DNA of 64,000 nucleotides from assembly GCA_031459875.1 (NCBI GenBank), contig JAVKHQ010000007.1, forward strand, positions 12,530 to 76,529, given 5' to 3'. The notes beneath the pieces are model-generated. The model searched no databases, was not told the origin of the DNA, and was given only the letters and a program-made list of their open reading frames with translations. The position numbers and the translations under genes were made by a program. Shown in pieces: positions 1 to 13,763 of this stretch; the stretch's first letter is position 1, and every line of letters starts with the position of its first letter. The stretch is from Candidatus Fervidifonticultor sextus (GTDB lineage Bacteria; Sysuimicrobiota; Sysuimicrobiia; Sysuimicrobiales; Humicultoraceae).

Positions 1-1
1 C

Positions 2-1015
2 GGCGAGTTCCTGGTGCTGCTGGGGCCGTCGGGGTGCGGCAAGACCACTACCCTGCGCGCCATCGCCGGCCTGGAGACCCTCGACCGGGGGCGGATCGTC
101 ATCGGCGGGCGGGACGTCACGACCCTGCCGCCGGGGCGGCGCGGCATCGCCATGGTGTTCCAGTCCTACGCGGTGTTCCCCCACATGCGGGTCTACGACA
201 ACATCGTCTTTGGGCTGCGCATGCGCGGGGTGCCCGAGCCGGAGCAGCGGCGACGCGCCGCCGAGACCGCGGCGCTGCTGGAGATCGCCGACCTGCTCGA
301 CCGCTACCCCGCCCAGCTCTCGGGCGGGCAGCGGCAGCGCGTGGCGGTGGCGCGGGCCATCGTCATGCGGCCGGACGTCCTGCTGATGGACGAGCCGCTG
401 TCCAACCTGGATGCGCTGCTGCGCCTGACGATGCGGGCCGAGCTCAAGCGGCTCCACCGCGAGGTCGGGTCGACGACGGTCTACGTGACCCACGACCAGG
501 TGGAGGCGTTGAGCCTGGGCGACCGCATCGCCGTCATGCGGCAGGGCCGTATCGTCCAGTGCGGGACCGCCACGGAGATCTACGACACGCCGGCCAACCG
601 CTTCGTGGGCGGCTTCATCGGCACCCCCCCCATGAACTTCCTGGAAGGGACGCTGCGATCCGCCGACGGGCAACCGGCGGTGGCCACGGGCGGCGTCACC
701 CTCACCCTCCCGGGAGCCTTCCGCGGGGCCCTGGCCGGCCGCCTGGGCGGTGCGGTCCTGGTGGGCATCCGGCCCGAGCACATCGAGGTGCTGACGGCCC
801 CGGCGGCGGAGGCGATTCCGGCGACGGTCGTGGTGCTGGAACCCGTCGGGTCGCACCAGTTGATGACGGTCCGTGTGGGCCAGGAGATCGTCAAGGTGAC
901 GGTCCCGCCGGACCTGTCGGTCGCGCCCGGCCGGCAGGTGTGGCTGCGCCTGCATCCCGCCCGCATCCGGCTGATGGACGCGCAGACCGGCGAGGCGATC
1001 GCGGTGGAGACATGA
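2..1015 (+). CDS. Sugar ABC transporter ATP-binding subunit (MalK/UgpC family), 5' end outside window
   Basis: Walker A GPSGCGKT, signature LSGGQRQRVA, Walker B LLMDEP, H-loop YVTHDQ, C-terminal TOBE-like region; frame open from position 2 (GEFLVLL). Confidence 0.93.
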   Translation, partial: GEFLVLLGPSGCGKTTTLRAIAGLETLDRGRIVIGGRDVTTLPPGRRGIAMVFQSYAVFPHMRVYDNIVFGLRMRGVPEPEQRRRAAETAALLEIADLLDRYPAQLSGGQRQRVAVARAIVMRPDVLLMDEPLSNLDALLRLTMRAELKRLHREVGSTTVYVTHDQVEALSLGDRIAVMRQGRIVQCGTATEIYDTPANRFVGGFIGTPPMNFLEGTLRSADGQPAVATGGVTLTLPGAFRGALAGRLGGAVLVGIRPEHIEVLTAPAAEAIPATVVVLEPVGSHQLMTVRVGQEIVKVTVPPDLSVAPGRQVWLRLHPARIRLMDAQTGEAIAVET

Positions 1016-2307
1016 ACGATGCCGGGCTGCTCCGACTGGCCGAGGCCGTCCTGCGCGGCAACGACCTCGGCGACTACACGAAACCGAGCCCGCGGCTGTA
1101 CCCCCACCAGTGGAACTGGGACAGCGCCTTCATCGCCATCGGCTGGGCCCACCTGGACTGGTCCCGGGCGACGCGGGAGATCGAAACGCTGCTGGCCGCC
1201 CAGTGGACCGACGGCATGGTACCCCACATCCGCTACAACCCGGATGTCACCGACTACCATCCCGGACCGGACTGGTGGCGTGACACGCCGGTCCGCCAGG
1301 AGGGTGTGATCACCAGTGGGATCTCGCAGCCGCCGGTGCTGCCCACAGCGGTCTACCTCGTCGGGATGCTGCAGCCCGATCCCGGCAGGCGGCGGGCCTG
1401 GTGGGATCAATGGTATGAGCCGCTGCGTCAGGCGGTGGCGTATTTCCCGCAGCGCCGGACCACCGGGGGCTCGCCCCTGATCGCCGTGATCCACCCCTGG
1501 GAGAGCGGCCTGGACAACAGCCCGCGGTGGGACTTCGCCGCCCGGGCCGGGTGGCGCCCCACGCGGCCCTACCGCAGGGTGGACACGACGATGGTAGAAC
1601 GCGCTCACCGCCCGACCCAGGCCGACTACGACATGTACATGTACCTGGTCGAACAGATCGTCGCAAGCGGCTACGACATGGCCGCCTACCTTCCCCGGGC
1701 CCCTTTCCTGGTCTACGACGCGTTGTTCAACGCCATCTGGTACCGCGCGGCGGTGGACCTGAACCGGATCGCCGATGCCGTCGGCCGACCGCCGGCGATC
1801 AGCCCGGAGGCGTTGCGGGCGTTTCGGGATGCCTACCTGACCACGCTCTGGCATGCGCCGTCGCGGCTCTTCCGCGACTTCGATGTGCGGGGGGGCGTGC
1901 CCATCCCCGCAGACACCGCGGCCGGCCTGGGCGCCATCTACGGAGGACTGGTGGACGCGGAGCAGGCGCGCGCCATGGTGGATCACTACCGCCGGCGCTG
2001 TACGGGCTGCCGCATGATCCCCTCGGTCCCGCCGGATGACACGGGCTTCGACCCCGAGCGCTACTGGCGCGGCCCCGTCTGGGTCAACCTCAACTGGCTG
2101 GTGGCGCGCGGGCTGGAGGCGCTGGGCCTGCGCCCAGAGGCGCAGGCCCTGGCGGAGTCGACGATCGAACTGGTCCGGACCGCGGGGTGCCACGAGTACT
2201 ACCACCCGTACACCGGAGCAGGGCTCGGTGGAGCCGACTTCTCCTGGAGTGCGGCCCTGGTGATCGATCTCCTCCGCCGGCCCATCGGCGGCGTCGAGGC
2301 TGAGTAA
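1012..2307 (+). CDS. GH63-like glycoside hydrolase (glucosylglycerate/mannosylglycerate hydrolase type)
   Basis: ATGA overlap with upstream stop; motifs YPHQWNWDSAF, HPWESGLDNSPRWD, YWRGPVW, FSWSAAL. Confidence 0.85.
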   Translation: MNDAGLLRLAEAVLRGNDLGDYTKPSPRLYPHQWNWDSAFIAIGWAHLDWSRATREIETLLAAQWTDGMVPHIRYNPDVTDYHPGPDWWRDTPVRQEGVITSGISQPPVLPTAVYLVGMLQPDPGRRRAWWDQWYEPLRQAVAYFPQRRTTGGSPLIAVIHPWESGLDNSPRWDFAARAGWRPTRPYRRVDTTMVERAHRPTQADYDMYMYLVEQIVASGYDMAAYLPRAPFLVYDALFNAIWYRAAVDLNRIADAVGRPPAISPEALRAFRDAYLTTLWHAPSRLFRDFDVRGGVPIPADTAAGLGAIYGGLVDAEQARAMVDHYRRRCTGCRMIPSVPPDDTGFDPERYWRGPVWVNLNWLVARGLEALGLRPEAQALAESTIELVRTAGCHEYYHPYTGAGLGGADFSWSAALVIDLLRRPIGGVEAE

Positions 2308-2322
2308 AAGAAGGAGGCCGAT

Positions 2323-3459
2323 ATGCTCCGCAAGGGCTACCGTCTGCCGTTTCGGCTGCTGGGCATCCCCATCTACCTGGACCCGACGTTCCTGATCATC
2401 CTCCCGCTGCTGGCCTGGGTCATCGGCAGCCGCCTGGACCTCTACATCCGGCTCTTCCGTCTGCCCGTGGACGCGCAGGCCCTGCAGGAGGGCCACACTC
2501 CCTACCTGCTGGGACTGGCCGCGGCGCTCGGGCTGTTCGCCAGCGTGCTCATCCACGAACTGGGGCACTCGGTCGTGGGACGCGGTTACGGGGTGCAGGT
2601 GAAGCGGATCACCCTGTGGCTGCTGGGCGGGGTCGCCCAGTTCGAGGAGATGCCGCGCCAGCGGGGCGCGGAGGCGGTCGTGGCCATCGCCGGGCCGCTG
2701 ACGAGTCTTGCGGTGGCTGCCGTCTGCAGCCTGGTCGCGGCCATCGTCCCGCCGGCCGCGCTGGCGGTCCGGTTCGTGCTCGGCTATCTCGTCTTCATGA
2801 ACGGGGCCCTGGCAGCGTTCAACATGCTGCCGGCGCTCCCCCTCGACGGCGGCCGGGTCCTGCGCTCCCTGCTGGCGCTGCGGATGCCACAACTGCGCGC
2901 GACCCAGATCGCGGCGGGGATCAGCAGCGCGATCGCCATCATGCTGGGGCTGGCCGGCTTCCTCACCTTCAACCTCTTTCTCATCCTGATCGCCTTCTTC
3001 GTCTACATGGCCGGGTCGGCCGAGACGCAGAACGCCCTGGTGGCGGAAATGCTGGAGGGGATCGGCGTCGAGGACCTGATGACGCGCGACGTCCAGACGG
3101 TGCCCATCGCGATGCCGATCGCTGACCTGATCCAGAAGATGCTGCGCGAGCGCCACCTCGGCTACCCGGTGGTGGACGCCGCCGGGAACCTGGCGGGCAT
3201 CGTCACGCTCAACGACCTGCAGGGCGCGGACGCCTCGGCGCCGGTGGAGCGGGTCATGTCGCCCACCGTGGCGACGATCTCCGTCCGGGGCAGCGCCCTC
3301 GAAGCGTTCGAGGCGATGAGCCGGAACAACTACGGGCGGCTGGTCGTGCTCGGTCCCGGCCGGCAGATGGTGGGCATCATCACCAAGACAGACCTGATCC
3401 GCGCGGTGCAGGTGCGCGTGGTGGGGCTGGCCATCCAGCCCGAACCGGCCAGGACCTGA
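2323..3459 (+). CDS. Site-2 protease (M50) with C-terminal CBS pair
   Basis: HELGH zinc motif, NMLPALPLDGG, hydrophobic segments, two CBS repeats; RBS AAGGAGG upstream. Confidence 0.92.
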   Translation: MLRKGYRLPFRLLGIPIYLDPTFLIILPLLAWVIGSRLDLYIRLFRLPVDAQALQEGHTPYLLGLAAALGLFASVLIHELGHSVVGRGYGVQVKRITLWLLGGVAQFEEMPRQRGAEAVVAIAGPLTSLAVAAVCSLVAAIVPPAALAVRFVLGYLVFMNGALAAFNMLPALPLDGGRVLRSLLALRMPQLRATQIAAGISSAIAIMLGLAGFLTFNLFLILIAFFVYMAGSAETQNALVAEMLEGIGVEDLMTRDVQTVPIAMPIADLIQKMLRERHLGYPVVDAAGNLAGIVTLNDLQGADASAPVERVMSPTVATISVRGSALEAFEAMSRNNYGRLVVLGPGRQMVGIITKTDLIRAVQVRVVGLAIQPEPART

Positions 3460-3487
3460 AGGCGCGTCGACTCCGGGGAAGCGGCGT

Positions 3488-3946
3488 CTAGCGGACGATC
3501 AACACCGGACAGGGCGCCTGCTGGACCACCTGCTGGCTCACCGAGCCCAGGAGCGCGGCTTCCACCCGGCCGAGGCCGCGGGAGCCGAGGACGATGAGGT
3601 CGCAGCCGCGCGTCCGGGCGGCCTCCAGGATGGCCGCGGCCGCCGGGCCCTCCAGCACGGTTTCCTCATGACGCACCCCGCGCTCGTCGAGGACTTCCGC
3701 CGCCTGGCGCACCAGGGCTTCCCCGACGGCCAGCCGCTTCGCCATGAGATGGTCGACATACGGCGATCCCAGATCGCGAGGAAGCGGCTCATACGCGGTG
3801 AGCACGACCACGGTGGCATCGTACCGGCGCGCGATGTCCCTGGCCACGGCCAGCGCCCTCCGCGCGTGGTCGGAGCCGTCCGTGGCGTAGAGGATCGTCG
3901 AGAAGACATGTTCCTCCGTGTGGTCGCGCTCTTGCGTCGACGTCAT
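3488..3946 (-). CDS. Universal stress protein (UspA family)
   Basis: ILYATDGS N-terminal strand; DLIVLGSRG...LLGSVS ATP-binding motif; GGGGAG 7 nt before ATG. Confidence 0.9.
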   Translation of the reverse strand: MTSTQERDHTEEHVFSTILYATDGSDHARRALAVARDIARRYDATVVVLTAYEPLPRDLGSPYVDHLMAKRLAVGEALVRQAAEVLDERGVRHEETVLEGPAAAAILEAARTRGCDLIVLGSRGLGRVEAALLGSVSQQVVQQAPCPVLIVR

Positions 3947-4018
3947 GCGCTGACTCCCCCGGCGGGATAAGCCTTCCCGTGTATAATCGTGGCAGCCGTC
4001 CTGCTCTCTTGAACTTCC

Positions 4019-5734
4019 ATGCCAGAGACCCGGTTCCTCGCAGACCTCGGGCTGCTGTTCCTGGCGGCCCTCATCGGAGGCGGACTCGCCCACCTCCTGC
4101 GGCAGCCGCTGATCGTCGGCTACATCATCGGCGGCATCCTCGTCGGGCCGTTCACCCCCGGACCGACCATCTCCGACCCCCGGTCGTTCCAGGTGTTCGC
4201 CGAGATCGGCGTCGTGCTGCTCCTGTTCTCGGTGGGCGTGGAGTTCTCCATCGAAGAACTGCTCCGCGCCGGCAAGGTGGCCCTCTACGGCGGCCCGGTG
4301 GCCATTGCACTGATTGTCCTCCTGACGGCCCTGGGAGGGAGGCTGCTGGGATGGCCCCTGGCGCAGAGCCTGGTGGTCGGCGGGGCGGTCAGCACCGCCA
4401 GCACCATGGTGATCTTCAAGTTCCTGTTGGAGCGCGGCGAACTCAACGCCCCACACGGCCGCCTCATGGTCGGGATCACCCTCATGGAGGACCTGGCGGT
4501 CGTGGCCATGAGCATCCTGCTGCCGGCTTTGGGTGCCGCCGGGGAGCAGCGTCTCCCGCTGTTCACCAGAGGCCTGCTGGAGGCGGCCCTGGTCCTGGTG
4601 CCGCTCCTCTGGCTGGCCCGGCGGGTCGTGCCGCGGGTGCTGCACCGCGTGGCGCTGACGCGCAACATGGAACTGTTCCTCCTGGTCGCGTTGGCCATCG
4701 CCGTCGGCACGGCGGCGTTGACCCTTCGCCTGGGGCTGACGCTGGCCCTGGGAGCCTTCCTCGCCGGCCTCCTCATCAGCGAATCCGAGTTCTCCCACGA
4801 AGCGCTGGCCAGGGTCTTACCGATGCGTGATGTCTTCGTCGCGGTCTTCTTCGTCTCGTTGGGGATGCTGGTTCGCCCGCAGTCCCTGGTGGCCGAATGG
4901 CCGACGGTGGTGGTGCTCATTCTGATTGTGACGCTCGGTAAGTTCGGCGTGTGGAGCAGCCTCGTCCGCCTGGCAGGCCACCGGCCGGCGACCGCCATCA
5001 TGACCGGCGTGGGCCTGATGCAGGTCGGGGAGATCGCCTACGTCCTGGCGGGCGTCGGTCGCCTCCACGGACTGATCACTCCCTCGGTCCACCAGGCCAT
5101 CATCGCCACCTCGCTGGTGACCATCCTGCTCAACGCCCAGGTCTTTCGGCGCACGCCGCGCTGGCTGCAGGCCCTCCTGGCGCGGCGTGCGCCCGCGGGA
5201 GTGGCGGAGGCCGCCGGCGAGCCGCAGGAAGGGCATGCGATCATCTGCGGCTTCGGCCGGGTCGGCCGCCAGGTGGCCGACGCACTCGACACCTTCGGAA
5301 CCCGGTACACCGTGATCGATCTGGATCCTGAAGCCACGGCCGCCGCGAGGATGCGGGGGGCGGTCTCCGTTTTCGGCGACGCCGGCAACGACCTGATCCT
5401 CGACCGTGCAGGAGCCTGGCGGGCGCGCCTGGCGGTCGTCGCCATCCCCGACTTTGACGCGGCCCATCGCTGCGTGCGGGCCCTGCGCCGGATGAGCGAG
5501 GACCTGCCCATCCTCGTCCGCGTGCACCACGTCGGGCACCGGGCCCGGATGCTGGACGCCGGGGCCACAGAGGTCATCCAGCCCGAGGTCGAAGCCGGCC
5601 TCACCATCGTGCGGCACAGCCTGGACCGCCTGGGCGTGGACCACGCCGAGGGCCGGCGCTACCTGGAGGGAGTGCGGCGCCACTGGTCCGCGGCCTCCGA
5701 CGAGGAGGCCAGCCCGGTCAGCGAGGTAAGATGA
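4019..5734 (+). CDS. Cation:proton antiporter, CPA2 family (KefB/YbaL-like) with TrkA-N domain
   Basis: Many TM segments, AEIGVVLLLFSVGVE, GAFLAG, then IICGFGRVG Rossmann motif. Confidence 0.9.
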   Translation: MPETRFLADLGLLFLAALIGGGLAHLLRQPLIVGYIIGGILVGPFTPGPTISDPRSFQVFAEIGVVLLLFSVGVEFSIEELLRAGKVALYGGPVAIALIVLLTALGGRLLGWPLAQSLVVGGAVSTASTMVIFKFLLERGELNAPHGRLMVGITLMEDLAVVAMSILLPALGAAGEQRLPLFTRGLLEAALVLVPLLWLARRVVPRVLHRVALTRNMELFLLVALAIAVGTAALTLRLGLTLALGAFLAGLLISESEFSHEALARVLPMRDVFVAVFFVSLGMLVRPQSLVAEWPTVVVLILIVTLGKFGVWSSLVRLAGHRPATAIMTGVGLMQVGEIAYVLAGVGRLHGLITPSVHQAIIATSLVTILLNAQVFRRTPRWLQALLARRAPAGVAEAAGEPQEGHAIICGFGRVGRQVADALDTFGTRYTVIDLDPEATAAARMRGAVSVFGDAGNDLILDRAGAWRARLAVVAIPDFDAAHRCVRALRRMSEDLPILVRVHHVGHRARMLDAGATEVIQPEVEAGLTIVRHSLDRLGVDHAEGRRYLEGVRRHWSAASDEEASPVSEVR

Positions 5735-5741
5735 GGGCAGG

Positions 5742-9131
<3,390 letters not shown>

Positions 9132-9138
9132 GCGTCCT

Positions 9139-11031
9139 GTGACGCTGCTGACCGACCACGACCTCTACCTGTTCAACGAGGGGACCCACTTCCGCCTCTA
9201 CGAGAAACTGGGGGCGCACCCGGTGCAGATGGAGGGCCGAGAGGGGACGTACTTCGCGGTGTGGGCGCCCAACGCTGAAGGTGTCTTCGTGATCGGTGAC
9301 TTCAACGGGTGGGACAGGACCGCGACCCCGCTCTACCCGCGGGCGACGTCGGGCATCTGGGAGGGCTTCATACCGGGGGTCGGCAGGGGGGCCCGCTACC
9401 AGTACCACGTCGTCTCGCGGTTTCATGGCTACCGCGCCGACAAGGCCGACCCGTTCGCGTTTTACGGGGAGTGTCCTCCGGCAACGTCCTCGATCGTCTG
9501 GGACCTGGACTACCGGTGGGGCGATCAGGGATGGATGGCACAGCGGGCGCAACGCAACGCCCTGGACGCGCCCATGGCCATCTACGAGGTGCACCTGGGC
9601 TCGTGGCGGCGGGTCCCGGAGGACGGCAACCGGCCCCTGACGTACCGCGAGCTGGCCCCGGCGCTGGCGGGCTACCTGCGGGAGATGGGCTTCACCCACG
9701 CGGAGTTCCTCCCGGTCATGGAGCACCCGTTCTACGGGTCGTGGGGCTATCAGGTCACCGGCTACTTCTCACCCACCGCACGGTACGGGACGCCCCAGGA
9801 CTTCATGTACCTGGTGGACTACCTGCACCAGCAGGGCTTCGGCGTCATCCTGGACTGGGTGCCTTCCCACTTCCCGCGCGACGAGCACGGGCTGGGGTAC
9901 TTCGACGGCACCCACCTGTACGAGCACGCCGACCCCCGCAAGGGCCTCCATCCCGACTGGGACAGCTTCATCTTCAACTACGGTCGGAACGAGGTGCGCA
10001 GCTTCCTGATCAGTGCCGCGCTGTTCTGGCTGGACCGCTACCACGTGGATGGTCTCCGCACCGACGCGGTGGCCTCGATGCTCTACCTGGACTACTCACG
10101 GCGAGAAGGGGAGTGGATCCCCAACGAGTTCGGCGGGCGGGAGAATCTGGAAGCCATCGCGCTGCTGCGCAGACTCAACGAGGAAGTCTACCGGCACCAT
10201 CCCGACGTCCAGACGATAGCCGAGGAGTCCACCTCCTGGCCCATGGTGTCCCGGCCGGCCTACGTGGGCGGTCTGGGGTTCGGCCTGAAGTGGGACATGG
10301 GCTGGATGCACGACACGTTGGCCTACATGGCGCGGGACCCGATCTACCGGCGGTATCACCACAACGAACTCACGTTTCGCATGCTCTACGCCTTCACCGA
10401 GAACTTCGTCCTGCCGCTGTCCCACGATGAGGTCGTCTATGGCAAGGGCTCGCTGCTGGCCAGAATGCCCGGGGCCGACTGGATGCCGTTCGCCAACCTG
10501 CGGCTGCTGTTCGGCTACATGTACGGCCAGCCCGGGAAGAAACTGCTGTTCATGGGCGGCGAGTTCGCCCAGGGCCGCGAGTGGAACCACGAGACGAGCC
10601 TGGACTGGCACCTGCTCGCCTACGCCCCTCACCAGGGGGTGGCGCGGTGGGTGGCCGACCTCAACCGGGTCTACCGGGAGGAGCCGGCCCTGCACGAGTG
10701 GGACTGCCGGCCCGAGGGGTTCGAGTGGATCGACGCCAACGACGCTGACCAGAGCGTCCTGACCTTCCTGCGGTGCGGGCGCTCCCCGGACGCGCTGATC
10801 CTGGTCGTCTGCCACTTCACGCCGGTGCCCCGCACCGGCTACCGCGTGGGAGTCCCACGCGGAGGGTTCTGGCGGGAGATCCTCAACAGCGACGCCCGTG
10901 AGTACGGCGGCAGCGGACAGGGCAATGCCGGCGGTGTCGAGGCGACGCCCATCCCCTGGCACGGCCGGTCCCACTCGCTGAACCTGACGATCCCGCCGCT
11001 GGGCGTGCTCTTCTTCAAGTGGGTGCCCTAG
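9139..11031 (+). CDS. glgB: 1,4-alpha-glucan branching enzyme
   Basis: [43 protein letters not shown]. Confidence 0.96.
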   Translation: MTLLTDHDLYLFNEGTHFRLYEKLGAHPVQMEGREGTYFAVWAPNAEGVFVIGDFNGWDRTATPLYPRATSGIWEGFIPGVGRGARYQYHVVSRFHGYRADKADPFAFYGECPPATSSIVWDLDYRWGDQGWMAQRAQRNALDAPMAIYEVHLGSWRRVPEDGNRPLTYRELAPALAGYLREMGFTHAEFLPVMEHPFYGSWGYQVTGYFSPTARYGTPQDFMYLVDYLHQQGFGVILDWVPSHFPRDEHGLGYFDGTHLYEHADPRKGLHPDWDSFIFNYGRNEVRSFLISAALFWLDRYHVDGLRTDAVASMLYLDYSRREGEWIPNEFGGRENLEAIALLRRLNEEVYRHHPDVQTIAEESTSWPMVSRPAYVGGLGFGLKWDMGWMHDTLAYMARDPIYRRYHHNELTFRMLYAFTENFVLPLSHDEVVYGKGSLLARMPGADWMPFANLRLLFGYMYGQPGKKLLFMGGEFAQGREWNHETSLDWHLLAYAPHQGVARWVADLNRVYREEPALHEWDCRPEGFEWIDANDADQSVLTFLRCGRSPDALILVVCHFTPVPRTGYRVGVPRGGFWREILNSDAREYGGSGQGNAGGVEATPIPWHGRSHSLNLTIPPLGVLFFKWVP

Positions 11032-13321
11032 GTCCGACCCAGGTCAAGATTGTCCCCAGCAGGCGCGTGAACTCCTCCACGCTGCCGATCGCATACTTCG
11101 CGGCGGTCGGATAGGGACTCGGGCCCACCTTGATGGTGACGGCGTGGTCCGCCAGCGCCAGGAAGGCGTCTTCATCGGTACGATCGTCGCCCGCATACAC
11201 CACGGCGCACCGCACCGGCCAGTCCCCTCCCACCACGTGGTCCAGCAGCCACCGCGCGGCGTGCCCTTTGTGCCAGTCGACCGCCGGCCGGATTTCCAGG
11301 ACCATCTTGCCCCGCCGCAGCACGAGTTTCCCCGGCGGTGCCCGTCCGATCTCCCCCAGGACGATCTGGCGGACCGCCTCCACCCGATCGCGGTCCACGA
11401 GTCGGTAGTGGACGCTGGCCGTCAGACCCTTGTCCTCCACGATGGCGCCCCGGATGCCGCGCAGCCGCTCCCGCAGGCGCCGGCTGCACGCGGCGATGAG
11501 GACACGGACCTCGCCGGCCTCCTTGCGCTCGGCGGCCCAGCCGGGTCCGGCCAGTTCGAACCCGTGGTTGCCGACGTAGATGACGTCCTTGAGGCCGACG
11601 CGCTCCCGGAGGTCGGGCAGGGCCCGGCCGCTGATGACCGCCACCAGGCACTGCGGTCGGCGGGCCAGCCGCGCCAGCAGTGCGCGCGTCAGCGGAGGCA
11701 GGGCCGCCTGGGCGGGGCGGTCCACCAGCGGCGCCAGCGTCCCGTCGAAGTCCACCAGGAGGGCCAGGCGGTCACGGGAGGTGATCGACTCGCGCAGGGC
11801 CAGCAGGTCGGCGAAGACCGACCGGGTGGCGGTCCGCCCGGCCATCAGGTGCGCCGCCGCCCGGAAGTGCTGCTCCATCCAGTAGTAGATGTCGTGATGG
11901 CGCAGGTGGGCGCGCATCTGACGCATCCGCTCCGCTCGCTCGGCGGGCGGCATGTGCAGCGCCTGCAGCAGTGCGTTGGCCATGCGCTCGGCATCGTACG
12001 GATTGACCGCCACCGACCAGGGCGCTTCGTCGGCGGCGCCGGCCAGTTCGCTCAGCACCAGCACGCCCCGGCCGTCGACCTGACAGGCGACGAACTCCTT
12101 GGCCACCAAGTTCATCCCGTCCTGGAGGGACGTGACCAGGCAGACGTCGGCCATCCGGTACAGTGCCGCCATGCCCGCCGGCGCCAGCGGCGTGGGGATG
12201 TGGATGATCGGCTGCCAGTCTTCCGTCCCATAGGTAACGTTGATCCGCCGGATCTCCGCCCCGATTCGGTCCTGCAACTCGCGGTAAGCCCGAATCCGCG
12301 TGCGGCTCGGCGCGGACTTCTGGAGGAACGTGAAGCGACCACGGAGGCCCGGCGAGCGCTGGAAGAGCAACTCGATGGCGCGGAGGCGTTCGGGGATCCC
12401 CTTGGTGTAGTCGAGGCGGTCCACACCCACCCCGACGAAGCGATCCCCGAGACGAAAGCGGCGGCGCAGCCGCGCCATCCAGCGCTGGCAGGCCCGCGAG
12501 GCAGCCAGACCTTCCCACGCGTCGGCATCGATGCTGATCGGGTGCGCCTGCACCCGCGTATAGCGTCCCCCGTACTCGACGATCCCCTCCTCCCGGTCCA
12601 CCTCCGCACCCAGTTCGCGGGACGCGCAGTCGAGGAAGTTCTCCACGTGGCGCGGGAGGTGAAACGCCAGCAGGTCGTTGGCCAGCAGGCCTTCGATCAG
12701 GTCGGCGCTCTGGGGACAGATACGAAAGACGTCCCAGGCCGGCCAGGGGATGTGCCAGAAGTGCATCAGGAAGAGGTCGGGACGGGCTGCCCGCAGGTAG
12801 CGGGGGGTCAGGGCCAGGTGGTAGTCGTGGAGCCAGATCAGGGCGTCGGTGGAGACCGTCTCCAGCGTGGCCTCCGCAAAGCGTCGGTTCGTTATCTGGT
12901 ACCCGGTCCAGTAGCGCCCCGCGAACCGGGCCTTGTCCACCGCCAGGTGGAACAGCGGCCACAGCGACTGATTGGCGTAGCCGTGGTAGGACCGCTCCAC
13001 CTCGTCCCGACTCAGGCGCACGCGGCGCAGGGTGTAGCGGGGCGCCTCCGGCGGCACGCGGACGCACCCCCGTTCGTCCGTCACGGTGAAGTCCGCGTCT
13101 CCGCTCCCCCAGGCCACCCACACGCCGCCGGAGGCCTGGAGGACCGGGTCGAGCGCCGCGACCAGGCCTCCCGCCGGCCTCTCGACCTCGAGGCCCCCCT
13201 CGCCCTGTCGGTGGACGTAGGGTTCCCGGTTGCTGACGACGACCAGGTGCCGCGAGCCCAGCAGGTCGCGAACGGTCTGCTGGATCCTGGCGAGTTTCCC
13301 TGTCTGCACCTGTGTCAACAT
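11015..13321 (-). CDS. otsA: Trehalose-6-phosphate synthase/phosphatase fusion (OtsA-OtsB)
   Basis: GT20 motifs [33 protein letters not shown]; HAD domain [18 protein letters not shown]; 17-bp tail-to-tail overlap with glgB. Confidence 0.93.
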   Translation of the reverse strand: MLTQVQTGKLARIQQTVRDLLGSRHLVVVSNREPYVHRQGEGGLEVERPAGGLVAALDPVLQASGGVWVAWGSGDADFTVTDERGCVRVPPEAPRYTLRRVRLSRDEVERSYHGYANQSLWPLFHLAVDKARFAGRYWTGYQITNRRFAEATLETVSTDALIWLHDYHLALTPRYLRAARPDLFLMHFWHIPWPAWDVFRICPQSADLIEGLLANDLLAFHLPRHVENFLDCASRELGAEVDREEGIVEYGGRYTRVQAHPISIDADAWEGLAASRACQRWMARLRRRFRLGDRFVGVGVDRLDYTKGIPERLRAIELLFQRSPGLRGRFTFLQKSAPSRTRIRAYRELQDRIGAEIRRINVTYGTEDWQPIIHIPTPLAPAGMAALYRMADVCLVTSLQDGMNLVAKEFVACQVDGRGVLVLSELAGAADEAPWSVAVNPYDAERMANALLQALHMPPAERAERMRQMRAHLRHHDIYYWMEQHFRAAAHLMAGRTATRSVFADLLALRESITSRDRLALLVDFDGTLAPLVDRPAQAALPPLTRALLARLARRPQCLVAVISGRALPDLRERVGLKDVIYVGNHGFELAGPGWAAERKEAGEVRVLIAACSRRLRERLRGIRGAIVEDKGLTASVHYRLVDRDRVEAVRQIVLGEIGRAPPGKLVLRRGKMVLEIRPAVDWHKGHAARWLLDHVVGGDWPVRCAVVYAGDDRTDEDAFLALADHAVTIKVGPSPYPTAAKYAIGSVEEFTRLLGTILTWVGPRAPT

Positions 13322-13492
13322 GGCTGCGCTCTGGCACGCCTGCGGGGTCGACGACGGGCTCGGATCAAGAGGCGTACCCCGATTATACCCCGCGGAATAG
13401 CACGGTCGCCAGAACGCGGTGGTCGGCTGGAGCCGGGGCTGCAGACCTTCCGGATCTACCACGGGTCCTGGTACTTTGTCGGTCACGCGCGC

Positions 13493-13522
13493 TTGACAGC
13501 CCGCCGCCGCGTCCAGTACAGT
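13493..13522 (+). promoter_or_regulatory. Sigma70-type promoter for gltB
   Basis: TTGACA (13493-13498), 18 nt, TACAGT (13517-13522); implies a leader of about 235 nt. Confidence 0.6.
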
Positions 13523-13676
13523 ACGTCCCAATAGCAGGCCGGGGGCCGCCCCGACGCGGCCTGGCGCGACCGGTCCTGCGTCAGCGAGGAAGTGCGCCTA
13601 GGGTTCCGCGGCCCAGACCACGGCCGGACCGGTCCAAGCGGCGCAGGCGGGAATCCACCCGCTACACCGTCGGGAT

Positions 13677-13739
13677 AGAAGCCCGAGGGGGAGGTTCCTC
13701 AAGTCCCGGAGACGGGAGGAGCCCACCCCTCGGGTTTCT
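13677..13739 (+). promoter_or_regulatory. Extended stem-loop in gltB leader (candidate cis-regulatory RNA or attenuator)
   Basis: 14-bp outer stem AGAAGCCCGAGGGG/CCCCTCGGGTTTCT, middle stem GGTTCC/GGAGCC, apical TCCCG-GAGA-CGGGA GNRA hairpin. Confidence 0.6.
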
Positions 13740-13763
13740 GCATTCAGCCGCGCCGGAGGTAGC

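Noticed and set aside
580-3156. Long antisense or alternative-frame ORFs (e.g. 580-3156, 5718-7727, 11144-13534, 13662-16208, 39433-41265, 41213-43813, 50685-52619)
   Set aside because: Shadows of well-supported genes in a high-GC genome; low-complexity R/G/P/A-rich translations with no motifs
3538-3909. GGAGG-AAC-ATG out-of-frame ORF inside the usp gene, suggesting a possible frameshift
   Set aside because: The RBS spacing is only 3 nt, and an in-frame ATG at 3946 with a good RBS gives an intact Usp
13586-13678. GTG-initiated uORF in the gltB leader ending just before the hairpin
   Set aside because: RBS spacing of about 2 nt and no Glu/Gln codon run expected of an attenuator peptide
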